Positions 1 through 9,832 are shown, counted from the first letter of the stretch. The stretch is DNA of 64,000 nucleotides from Polyangiaceae bacterium (GCA_033763455.1 JANRKO010000062.1:32001-96000), one strand, 5' to 3'. Notes: generated from the sequence alone by a model not told the origin. Numbers and translations are program-made.

Positions 1-981
1 CTCGGTTGCGGCTCAGATGGTACTGTCCGCCCAGTACGAGGGTCGTACGCTGAAACAGGTGGTGCAGGGGTCACGGTTGGCAACTCGACTGGAGGCGGTG
101 GGGGGTCCGGTGGTAGCGCTCCGGGGAAGGTGGGTACCGGAGGCACGGCAGGCAGCGGAGGCTCAAATTCAGGTGGAACAGGCGGCAAGTTAACGTCGAT
201 GGGCGGCTCAGGCGGGGTTCCTTCGGTTCCGACCGGTGGCGCAAGTAGCACTACCGGTGGAGTGGGCAATTCGACGGGGGGAGCTCAGGCCGCCTCGGGT
301 TGCGCGAATTCAAGCTATCTTCTCTGTGAAGACTTCGAGGGCACAGCGGTGGGGGCAATTCCCGCCGGCTGGACAAAACAAGGTGCGACCGGCGTGGTAG
401 AAGACAACGCGCGGAATGGCACCCGTTCGCTCAAAGTAGAGCCAGCAACGAACGGACCACGAAGGATTTTGCACCCCGCAGAGACCTTTGGAAGCAAGCA
501 CTGGGGTAGGATTTTTTATAAGCTACAGCTGCCGGTGCCCGATGCTTTTGTGCACTCGACGTTGGTGGCACTTTCTGGAAACGGCCCCAACATTGGGGCA
601 GCAGAATATCGCGTTGTGGATACCGTGAAGCAGGCCGTGGATACGCAAGATGTGGGCTCGCGCTATCAATTTTTGTTTAATGTGCAGCCGCAAAATAGTG
701 CAGAGTTCGGCACCGGCACGAATTATGATCGGCCGTTTGACGGCGAATGGCACTGCGCGGAGTGGAACATCGACGCCGCCGATCAATCTTACCGGATGTA
801 CTGGGACGGCACCGAGATGCTCAACTTCACTCGCGGAGCCGGCAATTACGCTGGCTCGGAAATCCCCAATGAGTTTGGCGAGATCAGAGTTGGGCTGAAC
901 AATTACCAAGCGGCTCCGCCCGGATTCACCGTTTGGATCGACGATATTGCGATTTCGGCGGCTCGGGTGGGGTGCCAGTAG
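1..981 (+). CDS. Lipoprotein (5'-truncated) with Gly/Ser/Thr linker and C-terminal Cip1-like / polysaccharide-lyase-like beta-sandwich domain
   Basis: Frame is open from base 1 (L-G-C-G-S-D lipobox at 1-18). Low-complexity linker, then LCEDFE...WHCAEW...VWIDDIAIS..RVGC, typical of myxobacterial ConA-like/Cip1-like domains. Confidence 0.7.
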   Translation, partial: LGCGSDGTVRPVRGSYAETGGAGVTVGNSTGGGGGSGGSAPGKVGTGGTAGSGGSNSGGTGGKLTSMGGSGGVPSVPTGGASSTTGGVGNSTGGAQAASGCANSSYLLCEDFEGTAVGAIPAGWTKQGATGVVEDNARNGTRSLKVEPATNGPRRILHPAETFGSKHWGRIFYKLQLPVPDAFVHSTLVALSGNGPNIGAAEYRVVDTVKQAVDTQDVGSRYQFLFNVQPQNSAEFGTGTNYDRPFDGEWHCAEWNIDAADQSYRMYWDGTEMLNFTRGAGNYAGSEIPNEFGEIRVGLNNYQAAPPGFTVWIDDIAISAARVGCQ

Positions 982-987
982 ACCTTG

Positions 988-1028
988 ATCCTTGCAAATC
1001 TAACACGTTGTGTTTAATTTGCAAGGAT
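988..1028. promoter_or_regulatory. Inverted repeat / putative operator overlapping the start codon of the AAA ATPase gene
   Basis: ATCCTTGCAAAT (988-999) is the exact reverse complement of ATTTGCAAGGAT (1017-1028). Inner AACAC/GTGTT also pair. Confidence 0.6.
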
Positions 1029-2199
1029 GATACCTCGTGCCGTTCTGGCCGCCGTGACGAGGGCGCTGGACCGCCAGGCCGCCGTCTGTCTCGTCGGGCC
1101 CCGCCAAGTGGGCAAGACGACGCTCGCCCGTGAGATCGGAGAAAGAGCGTCTGGGATCTACCTGGACCTCGAGTCCGAAGCGGATCGGGCCAAGCTCACG
1201 GAGCCCGCGCAGTTTCTCCGCAGGTTCGAGGACCGCTTGGTTATCTTGGATGAGATCCACCGTGTGCCGGAAATATTTAGCACACTTCGTGGTCTCATTG
1301 ACGACGGAAGGCGCAGGGGGAAACGCCATGGCAGATTCTTGCTGCTTGGCTCGGCCTCCATCGAATTGCTTCAACAATCTAGCGAGACCTTGGCGGGGCG
1401 AATCGCGTTTGTGGAGATGGGGCCACTCAACATCCGAGAGATCGATCCTTCGGAAGAAGCTCTTGAGCGGCTGTGGTTGAGGGGAGGATTTCCCGACAGC
1501 TTCTTGGCGCGTTCGGATGAGGAAAGCCTACTCATTCGAATGGACTTCATAAGGACGTATCTCGAACGCGACGTGCCCCAGTTTGGCCCTCGTGTGCCAA
1601 CAGAAACTCTACGGCGACTTTGGTCGATGTTGGCCCACAACCAGGGCGCACCGCTCAACGCGTCGCGGCTTGCGATGGGGCTCTCGGTGAGCGCACCGAC
1701 TGTGACTCGGTACATAGATCTGTTGTGCGATTTGCTGTTGGTGCGACGCCTTGCGCCATTGCACGCCAATCTTGGAAAACGGCTTGTAAAGACACCTAAG
1801 GTGTACGTGCGGGATAGCGGGCTAGTGCACGCCTTGCTCAGTATTGAAGATCCAGAAGAGCTTGCGGGCCATCCCGTAGTGGGCGCTAGCTGGGAAGGCT
1901 TCGTGATCGAGAACCTGCTGCTTTTCGCTCCGCCGCAATCCGTTGCTAGCTATTATCGCACCTCAGCCGGCGCGGAGATCGATCTCGTGTTGGATGTTCC
2001 CAAGCGTGGCCGCTGGGCAATTGAGGTAAAAAGCGGGCTTTCTCCGCGACCTACGAAGGGCTTCTACTTGGCATGCGACGATATTGAGCCGAAGAAGCAA
2101 TGGGTTGTGTATATGGGCAACGATCGTTACCCGTTGAGTGCTGGCGTAGAAGCTATCAGCCTCGCGGAGCTCGCTTCGGAGCTGGATGGATCGAAGTGA
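1027..2199 (+). CDS. AAA+ ATP-binding protein (AAA_14 + HTH + DUF4143 nuclease-like C-terminus)
   Basis: Walker A GPRQVGKTT, Walker B VILDEIH, LLGSAS, RGGFP, KTPKVYVRDSG and C-terminal EIDLV...AIEVK. Confidence 0.9.
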   Translation: MIPRAVLAAVTRALDRQAAVCLVGPRQVGKTTLAREIGERASGIYLDLESEADRAKLTEPAQFLRRFEDRLVILDEIHRVPEIFSTLRGLIDDGRRRGKRHGRFLLLGSASIELLQQSSETLAGRIAFVEMGPLNIREIDPSEEALERLWLRGGFPDSFLARSDEESLLIRMDFIRTYLERDVPQFGPRVPTETLRRLWSMLAHNQGAPLNASRLAMGLSVSAPTVTRYIDLLCDLLLVRRLAPLHANLGKRLVKTPKVYVRDSGLVHALLSIEDPEELAGHPVVGASWEGFVIENLLLFAPPQSVASYYRTSAGAEIDLVLDVPKRGRWAIEVKSGLSPRPTKGFYLACDDIEPKKQWVVYMGNDRYPLSAGVEAISLAELASELDGSK

Positions 2200-2249
2200 C
2201 CGAACCATGACGGCACTCATGCCAACAAGGTGCAATTCTAGTCTTCAGA

Positions 2250-3326
2250 TTGTCCCTCCAAGCTACCTCCACTTACGCCGGTGAAATCAAGCCTCTTTTG
2301 GGAGTGGGTGTCTTTGCGCCTGCGCGCTCTAGATTGTGGTGGTTGCCCCTACATGGTGGGGTCATCGCTCTTTCGATTACAGCTATCGCGATGGGTTGGT
2401 TGCCTTGGTTTTTGTGGCCTCTCGCTTCGTTGCTTCTTGGCTTGAGTTTTGCGGGCCTTACGTTTTTGGCTCATGAGGCGCTGCACGGGGCTGTTGTTCG
2501 TTCGCGCACGTTGCGAACGTTGGTGGGTTGGATTGGATTTTCGCTATTTTGCGTGTCACCCACGCTGTGGGTGGCCTGGCACAACCGGGTGCATCACGGC
2601 AACACGAATAGGCCTCGTGTGGATCCTGATGCATACCCCACGCGCGCTGAATACGATGAGAGCCCGACGTTGCAGTGGATGACGAACGTGATGGCTCCCG
2701 GTCGGCAACGGCCGCTTGGTGTAATAAGCTTGTTGATTGGGTTCACCGTGCAGAGCTTGCACATGCTGGTAGCGGCTCGAAGGCTGGGTTATCTTTCCGC
2801 GTCTCAGCACCGGCGGGCAATCTTTGAAACGAGCCTCGCGGCGTTGCTTTGGGCTGGCCTCGGGTTTCTCATCGGGCCGTTGCCATTTCTGTTCTGTTTC
2901 TTGTTCCCGTTAATGGTCGCCAATTGCATCGTGATGGCGTTCATTCTCACCAACCACAGCCTGAGCCCACTCACGGACGTGAATGACCCTCTCGCCAATT
3001 CCTTGAGCGTTACCTTGCCCGGCTGGTTGGAATGGCTCAGCCTGGGGTTCGGCTACCACGTGGAGCACCACATTTTTCCCGCCATGAGCTCCCGGCACGG
3101 CCAGGCCGTGCGAGCCGTGCTGCGTTCCCGGTGGCCTGGCAGCTACCAATCGCTTCCACTTCTAAAGGCGCTTGGCGCTTTGCATCGATCGCCGCGCGTC
3201 TACAAGACTTACACACTCCTTACGGATCCCCTAGGCAGCTCAGAATGGCCCACGTTGGCCCCACGGCATGTGTCGGAGCCTGTCGGCATCCGCGACGCTC
3301 GCCGACCCTGTGTTGGTGCCGGCTGA
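2250..3326 (+). CDS. Membrane fatty acid desaturase family protein
   Basis: Three His boxes (HEALH, HNRVHH, HVEHH) and several TM segments. TTG start is uncertain. Confidence 0.85.
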   Translation: MSLQATSTYAGEIKPLLGVGVFAPARSRLWWLPLHGGVIALSITAIAMGWLPWFLWPLASLLLGLSFAGLTFLAHEALHGAVVRSRTLRTLVGWIGFSLFCVSPTLWVAWHNRVHHGNTNRPRVDPDAYPTRAEYDESPTLQWMTNVMAPGRQRPLGVISLLIGFTVQSLHMLVAARRLGYLSASQHRRAIFETSLAALLWAGLGFLIGPLPFLFCFLFPLMVANCIVMAFILTNHSLSPLTDVNDPLANSLSVTLPGWLEWLSLGFGYHVEHHIFPAMSSRHGQAVRAVLRSRWPGSYQSLPLLKALGALHRSPRVYKTYTLLTDPLGSSEWPTLAPRHVSEPVGIRDARRPCVGAG

Positions 3327-3430
3327 ATGACCACCCGCGCGAACCGGTCTAGTGTGCTGCTTGCTTTCCTACCCAATCTTCACCTCGGCGTCGCCATATC
3401 GTCACGCTTGCAGCGGTAACCCCTGAGGCC

Positions 3431-5371
3431 ATGGGAGACCTAGTTGGTGACGTAGTTGCGGGTAAGCTGGTTTGGGTTCCGGCGACTCAATTTGAGCAGA
3501 TTCTGAGGCTTGAGGTTCAACCCGAACGGCGCGCGCAGCTGTTCGCGGATGCTTGCCGCCTGAACGTACTATACATGATAGCCAGAGCCGGCTCTGGGCA
3601 CCTCGGCAGCTCTTTCTCAAGTCTCGACATTGTTACTTGGCTCCACCTGAACCAATTGCAACACGTCAGTGCGGGCGTTCCGGCGCCGAACTCTGACGTC
3701 TACTTTTCCTCGAAAGGGCACGATGCACCCGGGCTGTATGCGGTGCGGCTTGCGATGGGTTTGCTGCCCTTCGAATTGCTCCATCAGCTGAGAGTCCTCA
3801 ACGGTTTGCCTGGTCATCCGGACGTCGGAACACCGGGGATCGTGGCGAACACCGGATCGCTCGGGATGGGGATCTCAAAGGCCAAGGGCATGGCCTGGGC
3901 GCGCCGTCACCAGGGGCGATCCGGTAGGATCTACGTGATGACAGGGGACGGGGAACTTCAAGAGGGGCAGATCTGGGAATCTCTAGTATCTGCCGCCAAC
4001 CATAAGCTTTCCGAGATCACCGTTATCGTTGACCACAACAAGCTTCAAAGCGACACCTTCGTGGGTAACACGAGCGATTTGGGTGATCTCGTTAAGAAGT
4101 TCGAAGCGTTCGGCTGGGCCGTATTTTCAGTGGATGGGCACGATTATTGGTCGCTCGCCGAGATGCTGGAGGCGGCGCGCAGCGTCACGGATAGGCCGCA
4201 GGTGATCATCGCGCACACCGTGAAAGGGCGCGGGGTCTCCTTCATGGAGCATACGAGTTTGGACTCAGATGTCTCATTTTATCGCTTTCATTCAGGGGCA
4301 CCCGACTCCGAAAACTACCAACGTGCTGCCGAGGAGCTCATCGCAAACCTCCATCGCCAATGCGACGCCATGGGCGTGCCTCGGCTCCAGTTTGAATCTG
4401 CACAGAGTGTGGTGGTCCCCGCGAGTGGTCAGAAGGAGCGCCTCATTGGGGCCTACTCGCGCGCACTCCTTTCGCAGATGGACAAGGTCCCCCATCTAGT
4501 GGTGATGGATGCGGATCTACTGGTGGATACGGGGCAATTGCCAGCGCGTGACGCCCATCCGGACCGCTTCATAGAGTGTGGCATCGCCGAGATGGACATG
4601 GTGAGCCAGGCCGGAAGCCTGGCGCGCGAGGGATTTCTCCCCATTTGCCATTCCTTTGCCTGTTTTCTCTCTACGCGTGCCAATGAGCAGATCTACAACA
4701 ACGCGACTGAACATTCGCGAGTGATCTACACCGCCTCGCTTGCAGGCCTCTTGCCCGCAGGCCCCGGTCACTCCCATCAGTCGGTGCGTGATATCTCTGC
4801 GGTGGGAGCGATCCCCGGGCTCATCTTGCTGGAGCCGTCCACAGAAGCTGAGGTGCCCCGGGCGTTGGAGTGGGCCATTGCGCAAGCGCCATCAAGCGTC
4901 TGGCTGCGCCTCGTGAGTATACCTTGTGAAATTCCGTTTCAGTTGCCGGAGGCCCCGCTCGAAATGGGTAAGGGCACTGAGCTTCGGCAAGGTGAGGACG
5001 CGCTGTTCATCGCCTATGGTCCGGTGCTTCTCGCCGAAGCTTGGCACGCCTCGGAGGCACTAGAAGCCCAGCACGGCCTCAAGGTGGGAGTGGTTGCGCT
5101 GCCGTGGTTAAACCGGCTTGATGAAGCTTGGCTCGCCCGTGTCGTGGCTTCTCGCCGCCACATTTTCACGTTGGACAATCACTACGTTGCGGGTGGCCAG
5201 GGGCAGCTCATAGGAGCCACCGTGGCCAGCTTGGGCTTGAGCTCGGTTCGGGTACACAACATCGGGGTGGAATCGGTGCCCGCGTGCGGTCGAAACCAAG
5301 AAGTGCTGCAGCACCATGGCCTGGATGCGGCCTCCCTCGTGCCACGGGTTCGGAGCGTTTTAGAGCGGTGA
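3431..5371 (+). CDS. Single-chain transketolase-family TPP enzyme (N + pyrimidine-binding + C domains)
   Basis: GSGHLGSS, SKGHDAP, LPGHPD, TGSLGMG, TPP motif GDGELQEG...N, ECGIAE and GHSHQ. Confidence 0.9.
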   Translation: MGDLVGDVVAGKLVWVPATQFEQILRLEVQPERRAQLFADACRLNVLYMIARAGSGHLGSSFSSLDIVTWLHLNQLQHVSAGVPAPNSDVYFSSKGHDAPGLYAVRLAMGLLPFELLHQLRVLNGLPGHPDVGTPGIVANTGSLGMGISKAKGMAWARRHQGRSGRIYVMTGDGELQEGQIWESLVSAANHKLSEITVIVDHNKLQSDTFVGNTSDLGDLVKKFEAFGWAVFSVDGHDYWSLAEMLEAARSVTDRPQVIIAHTVKGRGVSFMEHTSLDSDVSFYRFHSGAPDSENYQRAAEELIANLHRQCDAMGVPRLQFESAQSVVVPASGQKERLIGAYSRALLSQMDKVPHLVVMDADLLVDTGQLPARDAHPDRFIECGIAEMDMVSQAGSLAREGFLPICHSFACFLSTRANEQIYNNATEHSRVIYTASLAGLLPAGPGHSHQSVRDISAVGAIPGLILLEPSTEAEVPRALEWAIAQAPSSVWLRLVSIPCEIPFQLPEAPLEMGKGTELRQGEDALFIAYGPVLLAEAWHASEALEAQHGLKVGVVALPWLNRLDEAWLARVVASRRHIFTLDNHYVAGGQGQLIGATVASLGLSSVRVHNIGVESVPACGRNQEVLQHHGLDAASLVPRVRSVLER

Positions 5372-6151
5372 TTGGGGAGGTGTCGGCCGCCGAAACGAAT
5401 GCATGTGGTGCAAGAAATACGCGGCCCAGCCCTCTTTGGGGTAGTCGAGATCAGGCAGGCCATACGCTTGGGGCTTTTGTGCCGGCAAATAAGCCGTCCC
5501 GAACATCCAATCCCAAATCGCTAACTTGGTACCAAAATTCAAACCGGGCGCCTTCGTTTCCCGGGCGTGGTGCCAGCGGTGCATCTCCGGACCGTTGATG
5601 ACGTATTGCAGAACGCCCGAACGCACGTTGATGTTTGAATGAATGTACATCCCCCAGACGGCATCTAGGACGCCTTTTGCCGCAATTACTTCAGGGGCCG
5701 CCCCTAACAAGACCATCGGGGCAAATTCGATCGTTTGGTTGATCAAGATTTCGAGCGCGTGGGAGCGTGCTCCAGAAAGCCAATCCACATCTTTTACAGA
5801 ATGGTGAGCTTCGTGGAGGCGCCAGAGAATGTCAGATTTGTGCTGCAGCCGGTGAAACCAATAAATATAAAAGTCGTGGATCACAAAGAAGAAGGCAAGC
5901 TGAGCCCAGAGCGGCCAAGCGCTCACGAACCCGCCGTCGAACCAGCTCACCTGCGCACGGATAGCCGCAATGATGCCCGCAATCACCACGCTCAATACAT
6001 AGCTCTGCGCTATTGCGTACAAGAAGAGATCTGTGCCGAGGCCTGGCCTTAGGAAACGCTGCCTCGGCTCATAGGGGGCAAGGCGCTCAAGCCCCACCAA
6101 AAGCGCTGCTCCAAGGATGATAATGCCGAAGGTGATGACGGTAGAGTTCAC
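5360..6151 (-). CDS. Sterol desaturase / fatty acid hydroxylase superfamily protein
   Basis: His boxes YWFHRLQH, LHEAHHS, HSN and HRWHH, plus NFG...WDWMFGT. Confidence 0.9.
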   Translation of the reverse strand: MNSTVITFGIIILGAALLVGLERLAPYEPRQRFLRPGLGTDLFLYAIAQSYVLSVVIAGIIAAIRAQVSWFDGGFVSAWPLWAQLAFFFVIHDFYIYWFHRLQHKSDILWRLHEAHHSVKDVDWLSGARSHALEILINQTIEFAPMVLLGAAPEVIAAKGVLDAVWGMYIHSNINVRSGVLQYVINGPEMHRWHHARETKAPGLNFGTKLAIWDWMFGTAYLPAQKPQAYGLPDLDYPKEGWAAYFLHHMHSFRRPTPPQSPL

Positions 6152-6163
6152 ACTTTACCCTTC

Positions 6164-7126
6164 TCAGACTTCGCTAGAAGCGATCCGCCGCAACTTCTCA
6201 CGGTAGGGAACTTCACTCGGGTAAACACGCTTGATGCCATCGCCGAAGGCTTTTTCGATGTCTCGCACCTGCGCTACCAGTCTCTGCAGACCACTCAGCT
6301 CTACGGACGCTGCATGGTCCGTTCCCCACATGGCGCGGTCCAGCGTGATGTGGCGCTCCACAAACGTGGCCCCCATGGCCACGGCGGCCCACGTGGGTGC
6401 GAGCCCTGTTTCGTGCCCCGAATACCCCACTGGGCAGTTGGGGTAACGAAGCTTCAGCGTCTGGATCATGCGCAAATTCAGCTCTTCTAGCGGGCAGGGG
6501 TACGTAGAGGTCGCGTGCGCGATCAGGAGCCCGTCCATGCCCAGTGTTTGTACGGCCGTGTGCACTTCAGCCGAGGTGGACATGCCCGTCGAGAGTATCG
6601 CAGGGCGACCTGTGGACTTGAGCTTTTGCAGAAGCTCCATGTCCGTAATCGAGGCTGACGCGATCTTGTAACATGGTGGTGCGAACTGTTCGATAAAGTC
6701 TACCGACTCGGCATCCCAGCAAGAGGCGAACCAATCAATGCCCTCCCGTCGGCAAAAGCGATCTATCTCTCGGTATTCGGCCTCGCCGAACTCGATGCGA
6801 CGCTTGTAGTCGATGTACTTCATCCGCCCCCACGGCGTATCTCGCATCATCTCCCATTGGCTCTTGGGTACGCAGATTTCGGGCGTTCTTTTTTGGAACT
6901 TCACCGCATCGCATCCCGCGCTCTTTGCGCCGGAAATAAGGCGTTTGGCGATATCGAGGTCGCCGTTGTGATTGATGCCGATCTCGGCGATAAGGTAGAC
7001 GGGCTCACCTTCACCCACATAGCGGTTGCCGATTTTTACCCGAGCCCGCCGGTCTCCGGTTTCAGGTAAACGCGTCATCAGCGTGGAGTGTCGGGTCATT
7101 TCGTCGAGCATTTGGTGCGTTGTCAT
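6164..7126 (-). CDS. neuB: NeuB-family PEP-dependent ulosonate synthase (lacks the C-terminal SAF/antifreeze-like domain)
   Basis: IAEIGINHNG, DAVKFQKR, KIASA, ILSTGMS, STYP, GYSGHE and ERHITLDR. Confidence 0.9.
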   Translation of the reverse strand: MTTHQMLDEMTRHSTLMTRLPETGDRRARVKIGNRYVGEGEPVYLIAEIGINHNGDLDIAKRLISGAKSAGCDAVKFQKRTPEICVPKSQWEMMRDTPWGRMKYIDYKRRIEFGEAEYREIDRFCRREGIDWFASCWDAESVDFIEQFAPPCYKIASASITDMELLQKLKSTGRPAILSTGMSTSAEVHTAVQTLGMDGLLIAHATSTYPCPLEELNLRMIQTLKLRYPNCPVGYSGHETGLAPTWAAVAMGATFVERHITLDRAMWGTDHAASVELSGLQRLVAQVRDIEKAFGDGIKRVYPSEVPYREKLRRIASSEV

Positions 7127-7129
7127 GTT

Positions 7130-7654
7130 TCATGCCTCCTGTCGAACGGCTAAAATCCAATCCGCAAACTCACGAAAACAGCCCCCGCCGCCTTTGGCTG
7201 TCGTTACCTTGTGCGCCATATCCAGCACGCTCGCCACCGCGTCGTTGGGCGCTCCCGTGAGCCCCACCTCGCTCACGAGCGCCATCGCCCCAAAATCATT
7301 CACGTCGTCGCCGATGTAGGCCACTTCGTCGAGTCGGTAGTGCGCTCTGAGCAGTAGCTCAGGCAACGCACGGGCCTTGTCTTCGACGCCACGCCACACA
7401 TGTGAAAGCTTGAGCTTTTGTGACCTTCGGAGCGCAATTGGGCAATTTTCGCGGGTAAAGTAGGCTGTTTCGATGCCGGCTGAGCGCAGTAGCTCGGTAC
7501 CCATTCCGTCGCGGAGGCTGAATCGCTTCAGCTCCTCACCGCGTTCGCTGTAGTAAACCTGCGCAGGAGTGAGCACTCCATCGACATCACTTACAAGTAG
7601 CCGAATTCTGCGAGCGCGTTCGCCCAGTTGAGCTGACGGGAGCGTTCTCACCAT
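7130..7654 (-). CDS. KdsC/YrbI-family HAD phosphatase (ulosonate-phosphate phosphatase)
   Basis: DVDGVLT, RDGMG, YIGDDVND and GGGGCFRE. ATG at 7654 overlaps the SDR stop region. Confidence 0.88.
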   Translation of the reverse strand: MVRTLPSAQLGERARRIRLLVSDVDGVLTPAQVYYSERGEELKRFSLRDGMGTELLRSAGIETAYFTRENCPIALRRSQKLKLSHVWRGVEDKARALPELLLRAHYRLDEVAYIGDDVNDFGAMALVSEVGLTGAPNDAVASVLDMAHKVTTAKGGGGCFREFADWILAVRQEA

Positions 7655-8463
7655 GCCGTCCAACCACCGTCCACTACCAAGTTGGCGCCGGTCATGTAGG
7701 CGGATTCATCGCTGGCGAGGAATACCAACGCGCCACGGTAGTCTGCTTTGTTCGCCATGCGCCCAAGCGGCACTCGGCTTGCGTATTCAGCTTGGAAATC
7801 AGCGTTCTGGCCGTTCGCCACACCACCGGGAGAAAGTGAGTTCGCACGCACCCCCGACCGCCCATAGTAGGCCGCGAGGTAGCGAGTGAGGTGTAAAAGG
7901 CCAGCTTTTGACACCGGATAGGCCGGTGATTTGAAAAAACGCTGTTGCCCTTGTTGATCGAGATAGAGATCTTGGTTGGGGGCGACGATTCCGTACGTGG
8001 AGGCGACGTTTATGATACTGCCGCTGCCACGGCGTACCATTGCTGGCGCGATACTTTGAGCACAAAGAAAGGCGCCCGTGAGGTTCACGCGCATCAGCCG
8101 CTCCCAGGACTCCAGCGGGTAGTTCTCGAAGCGGCTCTGCTCAAGCACGAGCTCGGGCGATTCCACCTTGTCGTCAACAGCGGCGTTGTTTACCAGCACG
8201 TCCACTCGGTCGAAGCGTGCCAACACTTCGCGCGTCATCTCGACAACAGATGCCCTGTTCCCAACGTCCACGCCTAAGCCAACAGCTCGGCCGCCAAATC
8301 GCTCCGCCAATTCACCGGCAAGGTTCCGGGCCGCGGCGCCATCCAAATCCGCAACAACAACGGTGGCTCCGTTTCCGAGTAGGGCTAAACAATGTTCTTT
8401 GCCAAGCAAACCGAGCGATCCGGTGACGATCGCGACCTTGTGCGTGAGATCGAACATGCTCAT
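7648..8463 (-). CDS. Short-chain dehydrogenase/reductase
   Basis: VTGSLGLLG, LVNNAA, YPVSK catalytic YxxxK and YMTGANLVVDGG. Start trimmed to MSMF at 8463. Confidence 0.9.
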   Translation of the reverse strand: MSMFDLTHKVAIVTGSLGLLGKEHCLALLGNGATVVVADLDGAAARNLAGELAERFGGRAVGLGVDVGNRASVVEMTREVLARFDRVDVLVNNAAVDDKVESPELVLEQSRFENYPLESWERLMRVNLTGAFLCAQSIAPAMVRRGSGSIINVASTYGIVAPNQDLYLDQQGQQRFFKSPAYPVSKAGLLHLTRYLAAYYGRSGVRANSLSPGGVANGQNADFQAEYASRVPLGRMANKADYRGALVFLASDESAYMTGANLVVDGGWTAW

Positions 8464-8530
8464 GACGGACTCGTTATGAGTCAGACACTGCCGAACTACG
8501 GTGACAGAACGGCGAAGCTTACGCGACAGT

Positions 8531-9832
8531 TTATTGAGTTTTGCGGAAAACTGGTTGTACGGGTTTGCCTTGAATGTCGTTGCGCACGGTGTTCTTCCTA
8601 ATCGCTCGGCCGAGCACTGGAAGCGCGGCATCGTAGGCGGCGAGAATGCGCTCTACATCCGCTGTTTTGTGCGAAAAGCTCATGTTGTGGAAGCCGGTCC
8701 ACAAGACTCCGTGCCGGATGAGCTCTTGCTGTAAAAGCGACTTGGCAAGCAGTGGGTCGACGGCCTTTTCGTCGAACGTGACGAGTGTGCGACACGGGAG
8801 CCCGATACAGCGCGTAAATGGAAGCTCGTGCTTCTCCGCCAAGCGGTTGTAACCTTCCTGCAACATCGTCCCCATGTCTGCGAGGTGTTGGGGTACGCCC
8901 TTTTCTTCCAACTCCTCGAGCGTGGCTTTTGCCGCTGCCAAAGAAAGGGCCTCACCGCCAAAGGTGGTGTAGAAAAATACGTCATTTTCACACAACTTCA
9001 GCACATCTCGCCGTCCGCTGAGGACGCTCAAAGGCATCCCGTTGGCGACGGCCTTCGAGAAACAAGCCAAGTCGGCTCCCACGTCGAAGTAGGCCTGGGC
9101 TCCACCGAGCCCTAAGCGGAAGCCCGTCCACATCTCATCGAAGATAAGGAGCGTTCCGTTTTGTGTGCAAAGCTGGCGGAGCTCCTGCAAAAACGCGTTG
9201 CGCGGCTCCTCGAATAGCACGGGCTCAAGAATGATGGCCGCAAGGTCTTGGTCCAGAATAGACCGAACGGAAGAAAGATCGTTGTAGGTGAATTTGCGTG
9301 TGAGCGCTTGCACCTCGCTGGGCACTCCCAGGCTTCGCGGGGTCGTGCCGATGTACCAGTCGTGCCAACCGTGATAGCCCGAACACGCCACCACTTTTCT
9401 TCCGGTAAAGGCGCGCGCAAGCCTTACGGCCGCGCTGGTTACGTCGCAGCCTGTTTTGCTAAAACGTACCATTTCCGCCCCAGGAATATGGCCTTTTAGT
9501 TGCTCGGCCACCTCCACCTCCAGAGGATGTACGAGCGAGAAGGTAATCCCATCCTCAAGTTGACGGCGGATGGCATCGTCTACCTTGTCGTAGCAATAGC
9601 CCAGGGAAAGCGGGCCCACGGCCATCGTGAGGTCGATGAATTCGTTCCCATCAACATCCCAGACGCGACAGCCTTTGCCGCGACGTAGGAACTTGGGGGC
9701 CACGCCATCTACGTACTGCGTGGCTCCTTTGGCTAGGGTCTGCGTCGCTCCCGGGATCGCTGCGAGAGCGCGCGCGTACCAGGCATTGGATTCGGAAATT
9801 TTGGGCAGAGCGAGTTCGTCAGTTGGTGGCAT
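8531..9832 (-). CDS. Class III PLP aminotransferase (GSA-aminomutase-like, sugar-pathway type)
   Basis: WDVDGNEFID, GYHGWHDW, LIFDEMWTGFR, FSKAVANG and TTFGGE. Start could be 9832 or 9880. Confidence 0.88.
   Translation of the reverse strand: MPPTDELALPKISESNAWYARALAAIPGATQTLAKGATQYVDGVAPKFLRRGKGCRVWDVDGNEFIDLTMAVGPLSLGYCYDKVDDAIRRQLEDGITFSLVHPLEVEVAEQLKGHIPGAEMVRFSKTGCDVTSAAVRLARAFTGRKVVACSGYHGWHDWYIGTTPRSLGVPSEVQALTRKFTYNDLSSVRSILDQDLAAIILEPVLFEEPRNAFLQELRQLCTQNGTLLIFDEMWTGFRLGLGGAQAYFDVGADLACFSKAVANGMPLSVLSGRRDVLKLCENDVFFYTTFGGEALSLAAAKATLEELEEKGVPQHLADMGTMLQEGYNRLAEKHELPFTRCIGLPCRTLVTFDEKAVDPLLAKSLLQQELIRHGVLWTGFHNMSFSHKTADVERILAAYDAALPVLGRAIRKNTVRNDIQGKPVQPVFRKTQ

Noticed and set aside
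8464..8631. Long 5' extension of the SDR ORF overlapping the aminotransferase end, possible frameshift or fusion
   Set aside because: The aminotransferase ends normally (PVFRK) and the SDR domain is complete from ATG 8463. The extension is just open frame.
8531..9832. Calling the aminotransferase hemL
   Set aside because: The context is a sugar-nucleotide operon and the GYHGWHDW subtype differs from true HemL.
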